57,765 bases of DNA, taken from the IMG/VR virus record IMGVR_UViG_3300020045_003609, positions 1 through 57,765 of that record; one strand, written 5' to 3'. The stretch comes from a virus. Taxonomy: Duplodnaviria; Caudoviricetes. The translations under genes were made by a program, and so were the position numbers. This document shows positions 7,811 to 18,120 of this stretch, piece after piece. Below the pieces are notes generated by a model, which saw only the letters and a program-made list of their open reading frames with translations, did no database searches and was not told the origin of the DNA. Every line of letters begins with the position of its first letter. Position 1 is the first letter of the stretch.

Positions 7811-10044
7811 GTAATTTAAATAGTTATCAAACTCCATTATCAGTATATAAAGATTTGTTAATTGCTGGAGAACTATCTAAAGAAATATATGATAAAGTAT
7901 TAGAACATTGTAGTACAGTAACATTTATTCAAACTCTTATTGCACCAGAAGTAATAAGAGGTTTTGCTAAAGATAAACCTCGTGAAACAAATTATTATAA
8001 TGATGGTAGAATTGATGTAAATCTAACAGAACCTCATCTACTTGAAGATATGGATTTCTTTAGAGAAAGAGCTATCTTTTATGAAAAGAATGGTAAATAT
8101 ACTAATATAACTCCAAATGCTAATCCAACATCTGATTATGCTCAATTCTGGGTAGAAGAATTACGTAGGTGGAAACACGGTCTAGTTAGAGAATCGGATG
8201 GTGAATGGATTCCAGGACAATTATATTTTTATTGGAATTACTCACCTATTTGGTTAGTAGAAGAAGTTAAGTCTGAAAGTACATCGTCTAAAAGAAAAGG
8301 TGAACGTGTCAGAAAATTTCCAAAACCATGGTTAGGAGATTACTTATTTTATCACTATATGCAACAAGCCAGAGATGGTGGGCTACATGGAAAGTTATTA
8401 AAAACTAGGGGTGTAGGTTTCTCATTTAAGATGGGAGCTATATCACCTTGTAATATGTATGTATATCCTGGATCTGGTAACCCTAACTTTCACTTAGCAT
8501 CGGAGAAAACCTTCCTTGCTGGTGATAAAGGTATATGGGGTAAGGTAGTAGATACTTTAGACTGGATAGCGGAAGCTACACCTATGCCTAGAATTAGAAC
8601 TGTCGATAGAGCTGGTAGTACATTAGAGATACAGTTAGGATACAAAGATGAGTATGGTGTACGTAAGGGACTATTATCCTCTGTACATGGTATATCGCTT
8701 AAAGATAATCCAGATAAAGCAAGGGGTATTAGGGGACCACTTATTCATTATGAAGAAGATGGTTTGTTCCCTAATCTAGAGAAAGCTTGGACGGTAAATT
8801 TAAAAGCGGTAGAAGATGGTGGAACATCATTTGGATTCATGCTTGCAGGTGGAACGGGTGGAGTAGAAGGTGGATCTTTTGAAGGTTCTGAAAAATTATT
8901 CTATACACCACAAGCTTACGAGGTTTATGGTATACCAAATGTATTTGATAGAAATGTTAATGGTGAAACTTTATGTGGATTCTTTTGGGGAGGTTATTTA
9001 AATCGTAACAATTGTTATGATGAATCTATAGGTGAACCAGATGTAATTAAAGCTTTGTTTGAAATTGAGATTGGTAGATATAAAATTAAATATAACTCTC
9101 AAGATCCTAAAGCTATCACACAAAAGAAAGCTGAGGAACCTATTACACCTCAAGATGCAATCATGCGTACTGAAGGTACAGTATTTCCTGTAGCTGATAT
9201 AAAAGAATACTTAGAATCAATTGGTCCTAAGAGAGAGACTTGGTTAGCAGAACATTATTTAGGAGAATTATTATTAGATGCTGAGGGATCAGTTATCTGG
9301 AAATTGAATCCAGATAAAGTTCCACTTAGATCTTACGCATCTTCTGAAGGTGATAAAACTGGAGCATTAGAAATATTTGAAATGCCTCGTAAAAATGCAG
9401 ATGGTGTAATAGTAAGAGGTAGATATATAGCGGGAATTGACCCTATTGATGCGGATACTGGTACATCGTTATTTAGTATAATAGTATTTGATTTGTTTAC
9501 AGATCGCATAGTAGCTGAATATTCAGGTAGACCTAGATTAGCTAATGACGCATATGAAATAGCATTACGAATGTTAAAGTTTTATAATGCTGAAGCAAAT
9601 TATGAAAGTAACCTTAAAGGGTTATTTAGTTATTTTGATGCAAAAAACTGTTTACATTATTTATCAGATGTACCTCAAATTCTTAAAGATATGGATATGG
9701 TGAAAGCTACTAATCTATATGGTAATAAAGCTAAAGGTACTCATGCTAATAAAGAAATAAATAAATGGGGTAGATTGTTACAAGCTCAATGGATGCAAAC
9801 TAAAGCCCATGGGGATGATGATGATGAACGTTTAAACTTACATAGAATCAGATCATTAGCTTATATGGAAGAATGTATAGCTTGGAATCCTGATGGAAAC
9901 TTTGATAGGGTATCTGCCGCAGGTATGTTATTCTTATTAAGAGAAGATAGAGTTAAGCGTACACAAACTGTTAAAGCTAATGGTGGAAAAGTAATACGAA
10001 ATGCAGCTAATGATCCATTCTTTTCAAAAAACTATAAATCATAA
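7801..10044 (+). CDS. terL: terminase large subunit
   Basis: LKTRGVGFS Walker A-like, IHYEEDG Walker B-like, GGTGG coupling motif, nuclease IAGIDP and FDRVSA. Confidence 0.93.
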   Translation: MDLSNLNSYQTPLSVYKDLLIAGELSKEIYDKVLEHCSTVTFIQTLIAPEVIRGFAKDKPRETNYYNDGRIDVNLTEPHLLEDMDFFRERAIFYEKNGKYTNITPNANPTSDYAQFWVEELRRWKHGLVRESDGEWIPGQLYFYWNYSPIWLVEEVKSESTSSKRKGERVRKFPKPWLGDYLFYHYMQQARDGGLHGKLLKTRGVGFSFKMGAISPCNMYVYPGSGNPNFHLASEKTFLAGDKGIWGKVVDTLDWIAEATPMPRIRTVDRAGSTLEIQLGYKDEYGVRKGLLSSVHGISLKDNPDKARGIRGPLIHYEEDGLFPNLEKAWTVNLKAVEDGGTSFGFMLAGGTGGVEGGSFEGSEKLFYTPQAYEVYGIPNVFDRNVNGETLCGFFWGGYLNRNNCYDESIGEPDVIKALFEIEIGRYKIKYNSQDPKAITQKKAEEPITPQDAIMRTEGTVFPVADIKEYLESIGPKRETWLAEHYLGELLLDAEGSVIWKLNPDKVPLRSYASSEGDKTGALEIFEMPRKNADGVIVRGRYIAGIDPIDADTGTSLFSIIVFDLFTDRIVAEYSGRPRLANDAYEIALRMLKFYNAEANYESNLKGLFSYFDAKNCLHYLSDVPQILKDMDMVKATNLYGNKAKGTHANKEINKWGRLLQAQWMQTKAHGDDDDERLNLHRIRSLAYMEECIAWNPDGNFDRVSAAGMLFLLREDRVKRTQTVKANGGKVIRNAANDPFFSKNYKS

Positions 10045-10058
10045 TTAGCTATTACTAT

Positions 10059-10122
10059 AAACAGCTTATTTTAAAATAATTATATAATTAAATTGAATAA
10101 GCTGTTTTATTTAGTATATTTG
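10059..10122 (+). promoter_or_regulatory. Portal promoter (TTGAATAA / TATATTTG) overlapped by a 12-bp inverted repeat
   Basis: -7 box at 10115-10122; arms AAACAGCTTATT 10059-10070 and AATAAGCTGTTT 10096-10107. Confidence 0.7.
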
Positions 10123-10147
10123 TAAGTTAAATAATTTAAAACAAAAT

Positions 10148-12541
10148 ATGGATACAAGACATACTTCAAAGTTACCTAGACAACGTCTACCGTATGCTAA
10201 GAAAAACAAGCAATGGCGAAAAGACTGTATAATGTATGGTGATAACCATTCGTTTTATAATAATGCTGATGTTAGAAAAAGTTTAAAGAATAAAGTAATT
10301 AATCTTAATTTGTATAATGGGAAAGTTGATATTAGAGATCTATCTAATGTAGTTAACCCTAGTCAAATTGAAGCTAGTTATGTTCCTGATAATTTACCTC
10401 ATCACCCAATTATAGTTCCAAAGATTGATTTACTTGTAGGAGAAGAAATAAAACGTAGGTTTGATTATTCACTAGTTGTAACTAATCCAGATGCTATAAC
10501 TATGAAAGAAGAAGATAAAAAGAAATTTTTATTTGAAAAATTAACAGAGTTATATCAAAATGGATATAGTGATAAAGAACTTGAATCTAAATTAAAAGAT
10601 TTAGAAAAGTACATGAAATATAGTTGGCAAGATTTGAGAGAAAAAATGGGTAGTCAAATACTTAAACATTATTCTCAAGAACAACGTTTTGATCAATTAT
10701 TTTCATCTGGGTTTAAAGATGCTTTAATCATGGGTGAAGAAATTTATCAATGTGATATTGTACAAGATGAACCTATATTAACTAAGTTAAACCCACTTAA
10801 AGTATATACGGTTAAAGGTGGTAACTCAGATAGAATAGAAGACGCTACAATTATTATTATTGAAGACCACTGGTCTCCTGGTAAGATTATAGATTACTTC
10901 CATGATGAACTTAAACCTGAAGATATAGATTATATAGTTGATTATGATACCACTGGAACTAGAGGTGAATATTCTGATGATCAAAATAACCATGTATTAT
11001 TTGGAGATAGACTTGGTTCAAATGAAGGTACTTATGAAACTATATTTAATATGGCAGAAATTAATGGTCATATGTTTGGTTCTAATTATACTGATGCTAG
11101 TGGTAATATTAGAGTTCTTAGAATGTATTGGAGATCAGTTAAACTTATTAAAAAAGTAAAATATTATGATGAGTTTGGAGAAGAACAATATAAAATAGCT
11201 TCTGAAGAATATATTGCTGATAAAGATATGGGTGAAGAAGTTAAAGAAATGTGGGTTAATGAATTTTGGGAAGGAACTAAGATAGGAAAAGATATATTCT
11301 TGAACATTAGACCTAGAAAAGTTCAATATAATACATTACTTAATCCATCTAAATGTCATGCTGGTATAGTAGGTCAAATATATAATACTAATCAATCTGA
11401 AGCAATATCATTAGTTGATAGATGTAAAAACTATCAATATATGTATGATGTAATTTGGGATAGACTTAATAAAGCTATTGCTACAAATTACGGTAAAATA
11501 TTTGAATTAGATATAGCTAAAGTTCCTGAAAACTGGGAGATAGATAAATGGATGCATTTTGCAGTAGTAAATAAAATTGCTGTAATAGATTCATTCAAAG
11601 AAGGTAATCAGGGTGCATCTACTGGTAAATTAGCTGGTGCAATGAATACTCAAGGTGGTAGAGTAATGGATATGGAAACTGGAGCTTACATCCAGCAACA
11701 TATACAATTGCTTGAATTCATCAAAATGGAAATGGGTGAAATTGCTGGAGTTTCTGCACAAAGACAGGGTCAAGTTGAAAATAGAGAAACTGTAGGTGGT
11801 GTAGAAAGAGCTGTAAATCAATCCTCTCATATCACAGAGTATTGGTTCATGTCACATGACAACTGTAAAATTAGAGTACTGGAATGTTTTTTAGAAACAG
11901 CTAAGATTGCACTTAAAGGAAAAAATAAGAAAGTTCAAAATATTTTAGATGATCAATCAATTGAGATTCTAAACATGGATGGTGAAACATTTTCAGAATG
12001 TGATTATGGATTAGTTATAACAACTAGTTCTAAAACAGCTGAACTTGAACAAATGATTAAACAGAATGCTCAAGCTTTTATTCAGAATGGTGGAACAATG
12101 TCTACTATTATGGATATATACTTTAGTCCATCATTATCAGATATGAGAAGACGTTTGGAAGATGCTGAAGAACAAGTTCATCAACGTCAACAAGAAGCTT
12201 CACAAGCTGCTAATGAAACTCAACAAGCTGCTAATGCTGATGCAAAAGCTCTTCAAGAGAAACTGATGCAATTACAAGAAGCTAAAGATTTAAGAGAAGA
12301 TGCTACTAAACGATATGTAGCTGAGTTATCTCATGGTGGAGATACTGAATCAGTAGATGATGGTATTGAATCACCTTTAGATCGTGAAAAATTTCAATTA
12401 GATATTGCTAAGCAAAAAGATGATATGATTGTTAAAATGAAAGCTCTTAATCAAGATATGGTTAAACATTCTGATAATGTTGAGTTAAAAAAAGAATCTA
12501 ATGCTATATCTAGAATAGCTAAAAAATCTACAAGTAAATAA
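10148..12541 (+). CDS. portal protein
   Basis: 797 aa after TerL; LPRQRLP..KK.KQW N-terminus, PKIDLLVGEE, GVSAQRQG..E.RETVGGVERA; helical crown. Confidence 0.9.
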   Translation: MDTRHTSKLPRQRLPYAKKNKQWRKDCIMYGDNHSFYNNADVRKSLKNKVINLNLYNGKVDIRDLSNVVNPSQIEASYVPDNLPHHPIIVPKIDLLVGEEIKRRFDYSLVVTNPDAITMKEEDKKKFLFEKLTELYQNGYSDKELESKLKDLEKYMKYSWQDLREKMGSQILKHYSQEQRFDQLFSSGFKDALIMGEEIYQCDIVQDEPILTKLNPLKVYTVKGGNSDRIEDATIIIIEDHWSPGKIIDYFHDELKPEDIDYIVDYDTTGTRGEYSDDQNNHVLFGDRLGSNEGTYETIFNMAEINGHMFGSNYTDASGNIRVLRMYWRSVKLIKKVKYYDEFGEEQYKIASEEYIADKDMGEEVKEMWVNEFWEGTKIGKDIFLNIRPRKVQYNTLLNPSKCHAGIVGQIYNTNQSEAISLVDRCKNYQYMYDVIWDRLNKAIATNYGKIFELDIAKVPENWEIDKWMHFAVVNKIAVIDSFKEGNQGASTGKLAGAMNTQGGRVMDMETGAYIQQHIQLLEFIKMEMGEIAGVSAQRQGQVENRETVGGVERAVNQSSHITEYWFMSHDNCKIRVLECFLETAKIALKGKNKKVQNILDDQSIEILNMDGETFSECDYGLVITTSSKTAELEQMIKQNAQAFIQNGGTMSTIMDIYFSPSLSDMRRRLEDAEEQVHQRQQEASQAANETQQAANADAKALQEKLMQLQEAKDLREDATKRYVAELSHGGDTESVDDGIESPLDREKFQLDIAKQKDDMIVKMKALNQDMVKHSDNVELKKESNAISRIAKKSTSK

Positions 12542-12561
12542 TAAATGCTATTACGCTGTAT

Positions 12562-12621
12562 ATATCCAATATAAATATATTAAAATTATATTGGATATGC
12601 AGTTAAAAAGCCGTACCTTTG
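12562..12621 (+). promoter_or_regulatory. Scaffold/MCP promoter (TTGGATAT / TACCTTTG) overlapped by a 13-bp inverted repeat
   Basis: Boxes at 12591-12598 and 12614-12621; arms ATATCCAATATAA 12562-12574 and TTATATTGGATAT 12586-12598. Confidence 0.8.
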
Positions 12622-12643
12622 TACTTTATAAAATGGAAGAATT

Positions 12644-13741
12644 ATGGAAGATGATTTAAATTTAATGTCGGTATTCAGTGATAATGCTGAAATACATACT
12701 GACGAACCTTTTAACATGGATGATTATATAAACGGAGGTTTAGATGATAATTCAGACGAAGATGATGATAACAATGAGCCAGATGAGCTTGTAGATAAAA
12801 ATAAACCTATTGAGGACGAAAGTTCAGAGATCGTAGATGGGGATGATGACAACGAAGGTGATGATTCTAATGATGATGATTCTTCTTCCAACTTGTATTC
12901 TTCCATCTCAGACGTTCTTATGGAACAAGGAATTATACCTTCGTTAGAATCGTCAGAAGGAATTAAAAACGCAGATGATTTTGTAGGGGTTCTTAAAAAA
13001 GAAATTGAACTACAATCTGCACGACAACTTGAAGAATATATTTCAAACTTAGATCTTGAAAAAATAGCTACTTCTAGACAATCTCAAATACAATTGGATT
13101 CAATTGATGAAGATTATTTAAAAGATAATTTAGAAATTGCTAAAGATATTATTTTAAAAGATTATATTAATCAAGGTTTACCTGAAGATAGAGCTAGACG
13201 ATATCTAAAGAAAACTATTGATCTTGGTTCAGATATGATTGTAGAGGAAGCTTTAGAATCTGCTCAAAGTTTAAAAGAATTTGAAAAGAAAGTTGAAGAA
13301 CAAGAAAAGGTTCGTTATAAACAATCTTTAATTGAATCTCAGATTGAACAAGATAGAATTAACGATTCTATTAAAAATACAATATACAGTGCTAAACCAA
13401 TTATAGATGGAATGGTTACTAATAAAGCTTTACAAGATAGAGTATTCAAAACTATGACAGAGGTTGTAGCAAAAGATCCTACAAGTGGAGAACTTCAAAA
13501 TAAGTTCATGCAAAGTAGATCGGCTAACCCCGTAGAATTTGATACCAAAATGTATTACCTTTATGAGTTAACAAAAGGTTTCACTGATTTAAGCGGTATA
13601 TCTAAAACAGTAACGTCATCTGCTGTAAAAAAACTAGAGACAGTATTACGTAAAACTAAATTTGAAGATGGTGGTGTTCCAGGATATATGCAAGATCCTG
13701 ATAGCTATTCATCTAATTATGGATCAGAGCTAGTATTATAA
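12644..13741 (+). CDS. putative capsid scaffolding protein
   Basis: Highly acidic D/E N-terminus, coiled coil, lies between portal and MCP. Confidence 0.7.
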   Translation: MEDDLNLMSVFSDNAEIHTDEPFNMDDYINGGLDDNSDEDDDNNEPDELVDKNKPIEDESSEIVDGDDDNEGDDSNDDDSSSNLYSSISDVLMEQGIIPSLESSEGIKNADDFVGVLKKEIELQSARQLEEYISNLDLEKIATSRQSQIQLDSIDEDYLKDNLEIAKDIILKDYINQGLPEDRARRYLKKTIDLGSDMIVEEALESAQSLKEFEKKVEEQEKVRYKQSLIESQIEQDRINDSIKNTIYSAKPIIDGMVTNKALQDRVFKTMTEVVAKDPTSGELQNKFMQSRSANPVEFDTKMYYLYELTKGFTDLSGISKTVTSSAVKKLETVLRKTKFEDGGVPGYMQDPDSYSSNYGSELVL

Positions 13742-13772
13742 TACATATAACATATTAACAAAAAATTAAATT

Positions 13773-15287
13773 ATGAGCGTAGGTAAATTTGTAATGACCA
13801 AAGGACAAGCTTGGTCTGGGTTAACATTAAAAAACCATATCGGTCAGTTGTTTGGAGAAAAGCCTGAATTGGTTTCACCTTTAACTACCGTATTGTTACA
13901 GAATTCTGGAATGAAAAATCTTGATACAACTTTATCATTATTTCCAACTAAAACGTTAAGTGCTGGTGCATCTGACTTTGTTTGGAAAGTGGTAGGTAGT
14001 GATGAGCGTAACATTCCTTTAGTAGAAGCTAGATATAATGGAGCAGTAGTTACAAGTGGTACAACTAATGTTGGACAAGCTAGAGCAACTTTCGAAATGG
14101 TATTTGCTGAAAAATGGTTTACTAAAATGCATTTGATTGCAGGTCATAGACCAGACGTATACCAAATGAGAATACTAGAAGAGCCTTATGAAGAAGGTCA
14201 AAACTATGTATACTTATGTGAAGTATGGGGTGGTCAAGAATCATTATCTGGTATTCCTGGTGATGAATTGATTGCTGGAAATAAATTCTCTATCGAGGGT
14301 GCACCAGTTGAAGATGAGTTATCAATCCAAGGTGCTGGAATTCAATTTACTTCCCCTTACTTAATGAGAAATTCAGTTACATCTATTCGTATGGAACACA
14401 AAGTTTCTGGTAAGATGATTGATTGTAAAATTGAACCAGTATATTTTGCTGGAATTGAGACTCGTGATCCAGCCACTGGAAAAGTACATAAATCCGTAAC
14501 ATGGATGCAAGAAGTTTACTGGCAGTTTGAAAAAGCTTTGTCACGTATTAAATCTCGTACTGTCATGTTTGGTAAAACGAATCGTGATGAAAACGGACGT
14601 TATTTAAATAAAGGTAATGCCAATATTGAAATCAAAGCTGGTTCTGGAATTAGAGAGCAAATGGAAGTGTCTAACACTACTACTTACAACAAATTCTCAA
14701 TCATGCTTATTGAAGATTTACTATCTGAATTGTCAGAAGGTAAATTAGATTGGGATCAACGTAAGTTTATGTTGCGTACTGGAGAAAGAGGTGCTGCTCA
14801 ATTTCATAGAGCTGTAACTCAACAAGCTTCAGGATGGCAATCTTTAGGATTTGATAATACAGGAGCTAGTGCAATTAAGCAAACTACTTCTAAATTTCAT
14901 TCTAATGCATTCGTAGCTGGTTTCCAATTCACAGAATGGAAAGCTCCAAATAATATTCATATCATGTTGGAAGTAGATCCAATGTACGATGATAAAGTAA
15001 GAAACAAAGTTCTTCACCCAGATGGTGGTGTAGCTGAATCTTACAGATATGATATCCTTTATATCGGTTCTATGGAAGAGCCTAATATCCAAAAAATTAA
15101 AGTTGCGGGTTCTGATGAATTACGTGGTTATATTGGAGGTATTAGAAATCCTTTCACAGGACGTAGAGGTGGAGATATGCAAACAATGGAAGATTCTGCA
15201 ACTATGACTGCACTTTGCGAAGGGTACGGTGCAATGGTTAAAGATCCTTCAAGAACTGCAACTTTGAAACCATCAATTATTGACTAA
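13773..15287 (+). CDS. major capsid protein
   Basis: 504 aa; WSGLT..NH N-terminus, GSGIREQ, LRTGERG, HPDGG.AESYRYDI, typical of crAss-like MCPs. Confidence 0.9.
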   Translation: MSVGKFVMTKGQAWSGLTLKNHIGQLFGEKPELVSPLTTVLLQNSGMKNLDTTLSLFPTKTLSAGASDFVWKVVGSDERNIPLVEARYNGAVVTSGTTNVGQARATFEMVFAEKWFTKMHLIAGHRPDVYQMRILEEPYEEGQNYVYLCEVWGGQESLSGIPGDELIAGNKFSIEGAPVEDELSIQGAGIQFTSPYLMRNSVTSIRMEHKVSGKMIDCKIEPVYFAGIETRDPATGKVHKSVTWMQEVYWQFEKALSRIKSRTVMFGKTNRDENGRYLNKGNANIEIKAGSGIREQMEVSNTTTYNKFSIMLIEDLLSELSEGKLDWDQRKFMLRTGERGAAQFHRAVTQQASGWQSLGFDNTGASAIKQTTSKFHSNAFVAGFQFTEWKAPNNIHIMLEVDPMYDDKVRNKVLHPDGGVAESYRYDILYIGSMEEPNIQKIKVAGSDELRGYIGGIRNPFTGRRGGDMQTMEDSATMTALCEGYGAMVKDPSRTATLKPSIID

Positions 15288-15297
15288 ATAAATACAT

Positions 15298-15340
15298 AAG
15301 TTTACCTCCTATTAATATTATATTTTTAGGAGGATAACTT
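15298..15340 (+). other. Stem-loop after MCP without a U-tract (mRNA stabiliser or processing site)
   Basis: AAGTTTACCTCCTA ... TAGGAGGATAACTT imperfect inverted repeat; core CCTCCTA/TAGGAGG. Confidence 0.6.
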
Positions 15341-15387
15341 ATAATATTAACACAAAATCTTAGGAAGAGGATTTAATACAGAAGAAT

Positions 15388-16260
15388 ATGAAAGCAGAAA
15401 TTACAGAATTAAAAAACACTTTTACATTACCAAATGAAATATTGATTGTAAAATATATTAATAGACGTAGAGGTATGGCTGCTAATGTTGAAGCCAATCA
15501 CGTTATATCAGGAGGAATGTTATCAAATGCTGTTAGAAAATTTGCAGCACCACTACAAAGAAATGGATCAATTAAAAATGTCTTAACTAATGATGAAAAA
15601 GAATACCTTGAAAAAGCAACGGGTTTAGACTTATCAATATATGGAACATTTTGGCATGACTATTATGTTAGGCTTGGTAAAGATGATGCTGGGAATAGAT
15701 TTGATACTAGTTCACCAATGGATTATATATCAATCAAAATCTTAGAGTCTTTATCAAAAGATGATATCGCCCCATCTTGGGCAGCTCGTAATAACAACCA
15801 AACTTATCAATTTGCAATTACTCGTGAAGATGAAGAAATGCTTGAAAATAAAGGTAAATACGATGCTAAAAAAGAAGCATTTAAATTATATGGTAAGATT
15901 GAAGAAGATCATGATAAATTACTTGGAGTATATAAAATACTTACAAACAAAATTGTGTCTCCAGATTCTAAATTAAGTTGGTTACAACATAAAGTAGAAG
16001 AAATTATCGATCAATCACCTCTTAAATTTGTGTCAGCTGTAAATGATAAAGCTTTCTATACTAAACTATTAATAAACTCAGGTATTGACGCAGGTGTTAT
16101 TTTAAAGATAGGTAATAAATATTCAACTATTGATGGCCTTGATTTATGTAACGCTGGTGAAATAGCATCATTTGATAATGCTATATCTTATTTAGATTCA
16201 GCTAAGAATCAAGAAGTACGTTTAATAATTGAAGCTAAGATAAATAAAGCCAAAAAATAA
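15388..16260 (+). CDS. conserved crAss-like protein downstream of MCP
   Basis: 290 aa; synteny with the crAss capsid block. Confidence 0.65.
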   Translation: MKAEITELKNTFTLPNEILIVKYINRRRGMAANVEANHVISGGMLSNAVRKFAAPLQRNGSIKNVLTNDEKEYLEKATGLDLSIYGTFWHDYYVRLGKDDAGNRFDTSSPMDYISIKILESLSKDDIAPSWAARNNNQTYQFAITREDEEMLENKGKYDAKKEAFKLYGKIEEDHDKLLGVYKILTNKIVSPDSKLSWLQHKVEEIIDQSPLKFVSAVNDKAFYTKLLINSGIDAGVILKIGNKYSTIDGLDLCNAGEIASFDNAISYLDSAKNQEVRLIIEAKINKAKK

Positions 16261-16262
16261 TT

Positions 16263-17009
16263 ATGACTACTCAAGAGTTAAAAAATGAATTTTTAATACA
16301 CTATAATGCAATAGCATCTAACTCCTCTCCAGGATTAGATGATTATGAAATTTCTGTATATCTTACAAAAGCTCAATTAGAGTTAATTAAAGATTATTAT
16401 GACCCTTTAAGTAATCGTAAAAAAACTGGATTTGAAAATACAGAAAAAAGAAGATCCGATTTAAAAGGTTTAATAAAATCTTTTGGAAGAGATGTTTCAA
16501 CTACAAGTAGAGATGGTTTACATCCTTCTTCTAAATTTTTTAATTTAGATTTAGATGTATTTTTAATAATATATGAACAATATGAAGTTGTTTCAACAGA
16601 TTGTAATAATGGTAAACTAATAAAAGTAGTACCCATTACTCATGATGATTATAACATACAAATTCATAATCCTTTTAAAAATCCAGATAGTAATACTGTT
16701 TGGAGATTAGATGTAGCGTATGATCAAGGTGAAACAGTTATAGAATTAATATCTCCATTTAACTTACTAGGTCAACCATATTATTCAGGAAGATATCTCA
16801 AATACCCCACACCAATTATAGTTGGTGATTTAAATACATTATTCCCATCAGACGATCTATCAATAGATGGTTTAACCTCAGTTACTGAATGTGAATTAGG
16901 TGAAGGAATTCATCGAGAAATTATTGACAGAGCTGTAGAATTAGCATTGCGTGATTATAAGCCTCAAGGTTTAGAAGCTTTTATTCAGACAAATACACGT
17001 AATGAATAA
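16263..17009 (+). CDS. putative ring/head-tail connector protein
   Basis: EF.I.YN.I.SNS.PGLDDYEIS.YLTKAQ...H.EII.RAVELA; synteny. Confidence 0.65.
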   Translation: MTTQELKNEFLIHYNAIASNSSPGLDDYEISVYLTKAQLELIKDYYDPLSNRKKTGFENTEKRRSDLKGLIKSFGRDVSTTSRDGLHPSSKFFNLDLDVFLIIYEQYEVVSTDCNNGKLIKVVPITHDDYNIQIHNPFKNPDSNTVWRLDVAYDQGETVIELISPFNLLGQPYYSGRYLKYPTPIIVGDLNTLFPSDDLSIDGLTSVTECELGEGIHREIIDRAVELALRDYKPQGLEAFIQTNTRNE

Positions 17010-17043
17010 ATAAATTATTATTATAAATTAAAACTAAAAAATT

Positions 17044-18051
17044 ATGTTTGCACCGAATCAAGTAGGAGAATTAATTGTAGGAAATGCTGTAGCTACAGAA
17101 ACTACTGTTGCTACATTTGTAGCTACTGCAAGTGATAAAGAAGTAAAGGTATTATCCAAAGACGGTGGCAATGTCGCTGCTGGAAAACCTTTCTACGTAT
17201 TGCAAAAAACAGCTGGTAATGCAGCTAAAGGATTAGATATCGAATTTTCAGATAAAATTGATCCACGTTATATTGACAAAATTACAGTAAAAGAATACGC
17301 TCCAGAAGTGTTGAAAGCTGTAAAAATTGATGGTTTTGCTGTTGGTGGTGTAGCCGCTGCTCAAAGAACTTACACTGCTGAAATTAGAGTTGAAAATCAA
17401 TTGTCTCCTGAAAACTTTGAAGTTATATCAGGTTACTATGTAACAGGTGAACTGTTAGGTTCAGATACTGCAACTACTATTCGTGATGGTGTAATTGTAA
17501 GTTTAAATAAAAATTTACTTCGTAGAGGTAACAGCGAGTTTACAGTTGTTGCAGATGGTACAGGTATTTTAATTACTGAAAAACTTCAAGATAACAAACC
17601 TGGTAGAGTTGATGGTCGTAAACTATTGTTTACAGCTCAAGGAAAAGTTTTTAGTAATATCTCAAATGGATATAACTCAAATCTTGGACTATTAACATCA
17701 GTAGTTACAGTTGAAGGTAGTACCGGTAATGGTACTGGTAAATTTGCAACGAATTTTGAATACTTTGTAAAAGGTGTTAAATATTCACCATCTAGAGATT
17801 TTGAATATCCAGTTGGATTTGATGTACCTTATTACACATCTAAAACAGGTATTTATAATACTATTCAAATTAAATATTTTGCTCCTAGAAATGAAACTAT
17901 TGTTGAGCGTCAATACAAAGTTCTTACAATTCTTGTAGATAAAGTTACAAATGTAGTTGCAAACAATGCTTCTACAAATACTATTCTTGCAAGTCTTAGA
18001 ACAGCTATTGGTACATTAGCAACAGTTCCTGCAGATTTAGCAGTAGTATAA
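17044..18051 (+). CDS. putative auxiliary capsid/structural protein
   Basis: MF..NQV N-terminus, beta-rich, highly biased codons, last gene before a strong terminator. Confidence 0.6.
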   Translation: MFAPNQVGELIVGNAVATETTVATFVATASDKEVKVLSKDGGNVAAGKPFYVLQKTAGNAAKGLDIEFSDKIDPRYIDKITVKEYAPEVLKAVKIDGFAVGGVAAAQRTYTAEIRVENQLSPENFEVISGYYVTGELLGSDTATTIRDGVIVSLNKNLLRRGNSEFTVVADGTGILITEKLQDNKPGRVDGRKLLFTAQGKVFSNISNGYNSNLGLLTSVVTVEGSTGNGTGKFATNFEYFVKGVKYSPSRDFEYPVGFDVPYYTSKTGIYNTIQIKYFAPRNETIVERQYKVLTILVDKVTNVVANNASTNTILASLRTAIGTLATVPADLAVV

Positions 18052-18071
18052 TAAAACTTATAATTAACCTT

Positions 18072-18108
18072 AAAGGGGAGAGAGCAAAAACTTTCTCCCC
18101 TTTTTTTT
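18072..18108 (+). terminator. Rho-independent terminator
   Basis: AAAGGGGAGAGAG-loop-CTTTCTCCCC followed by T8. Confidence 0.9.
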
Positions 18109-18120
18109 ATTCAAATTAAA

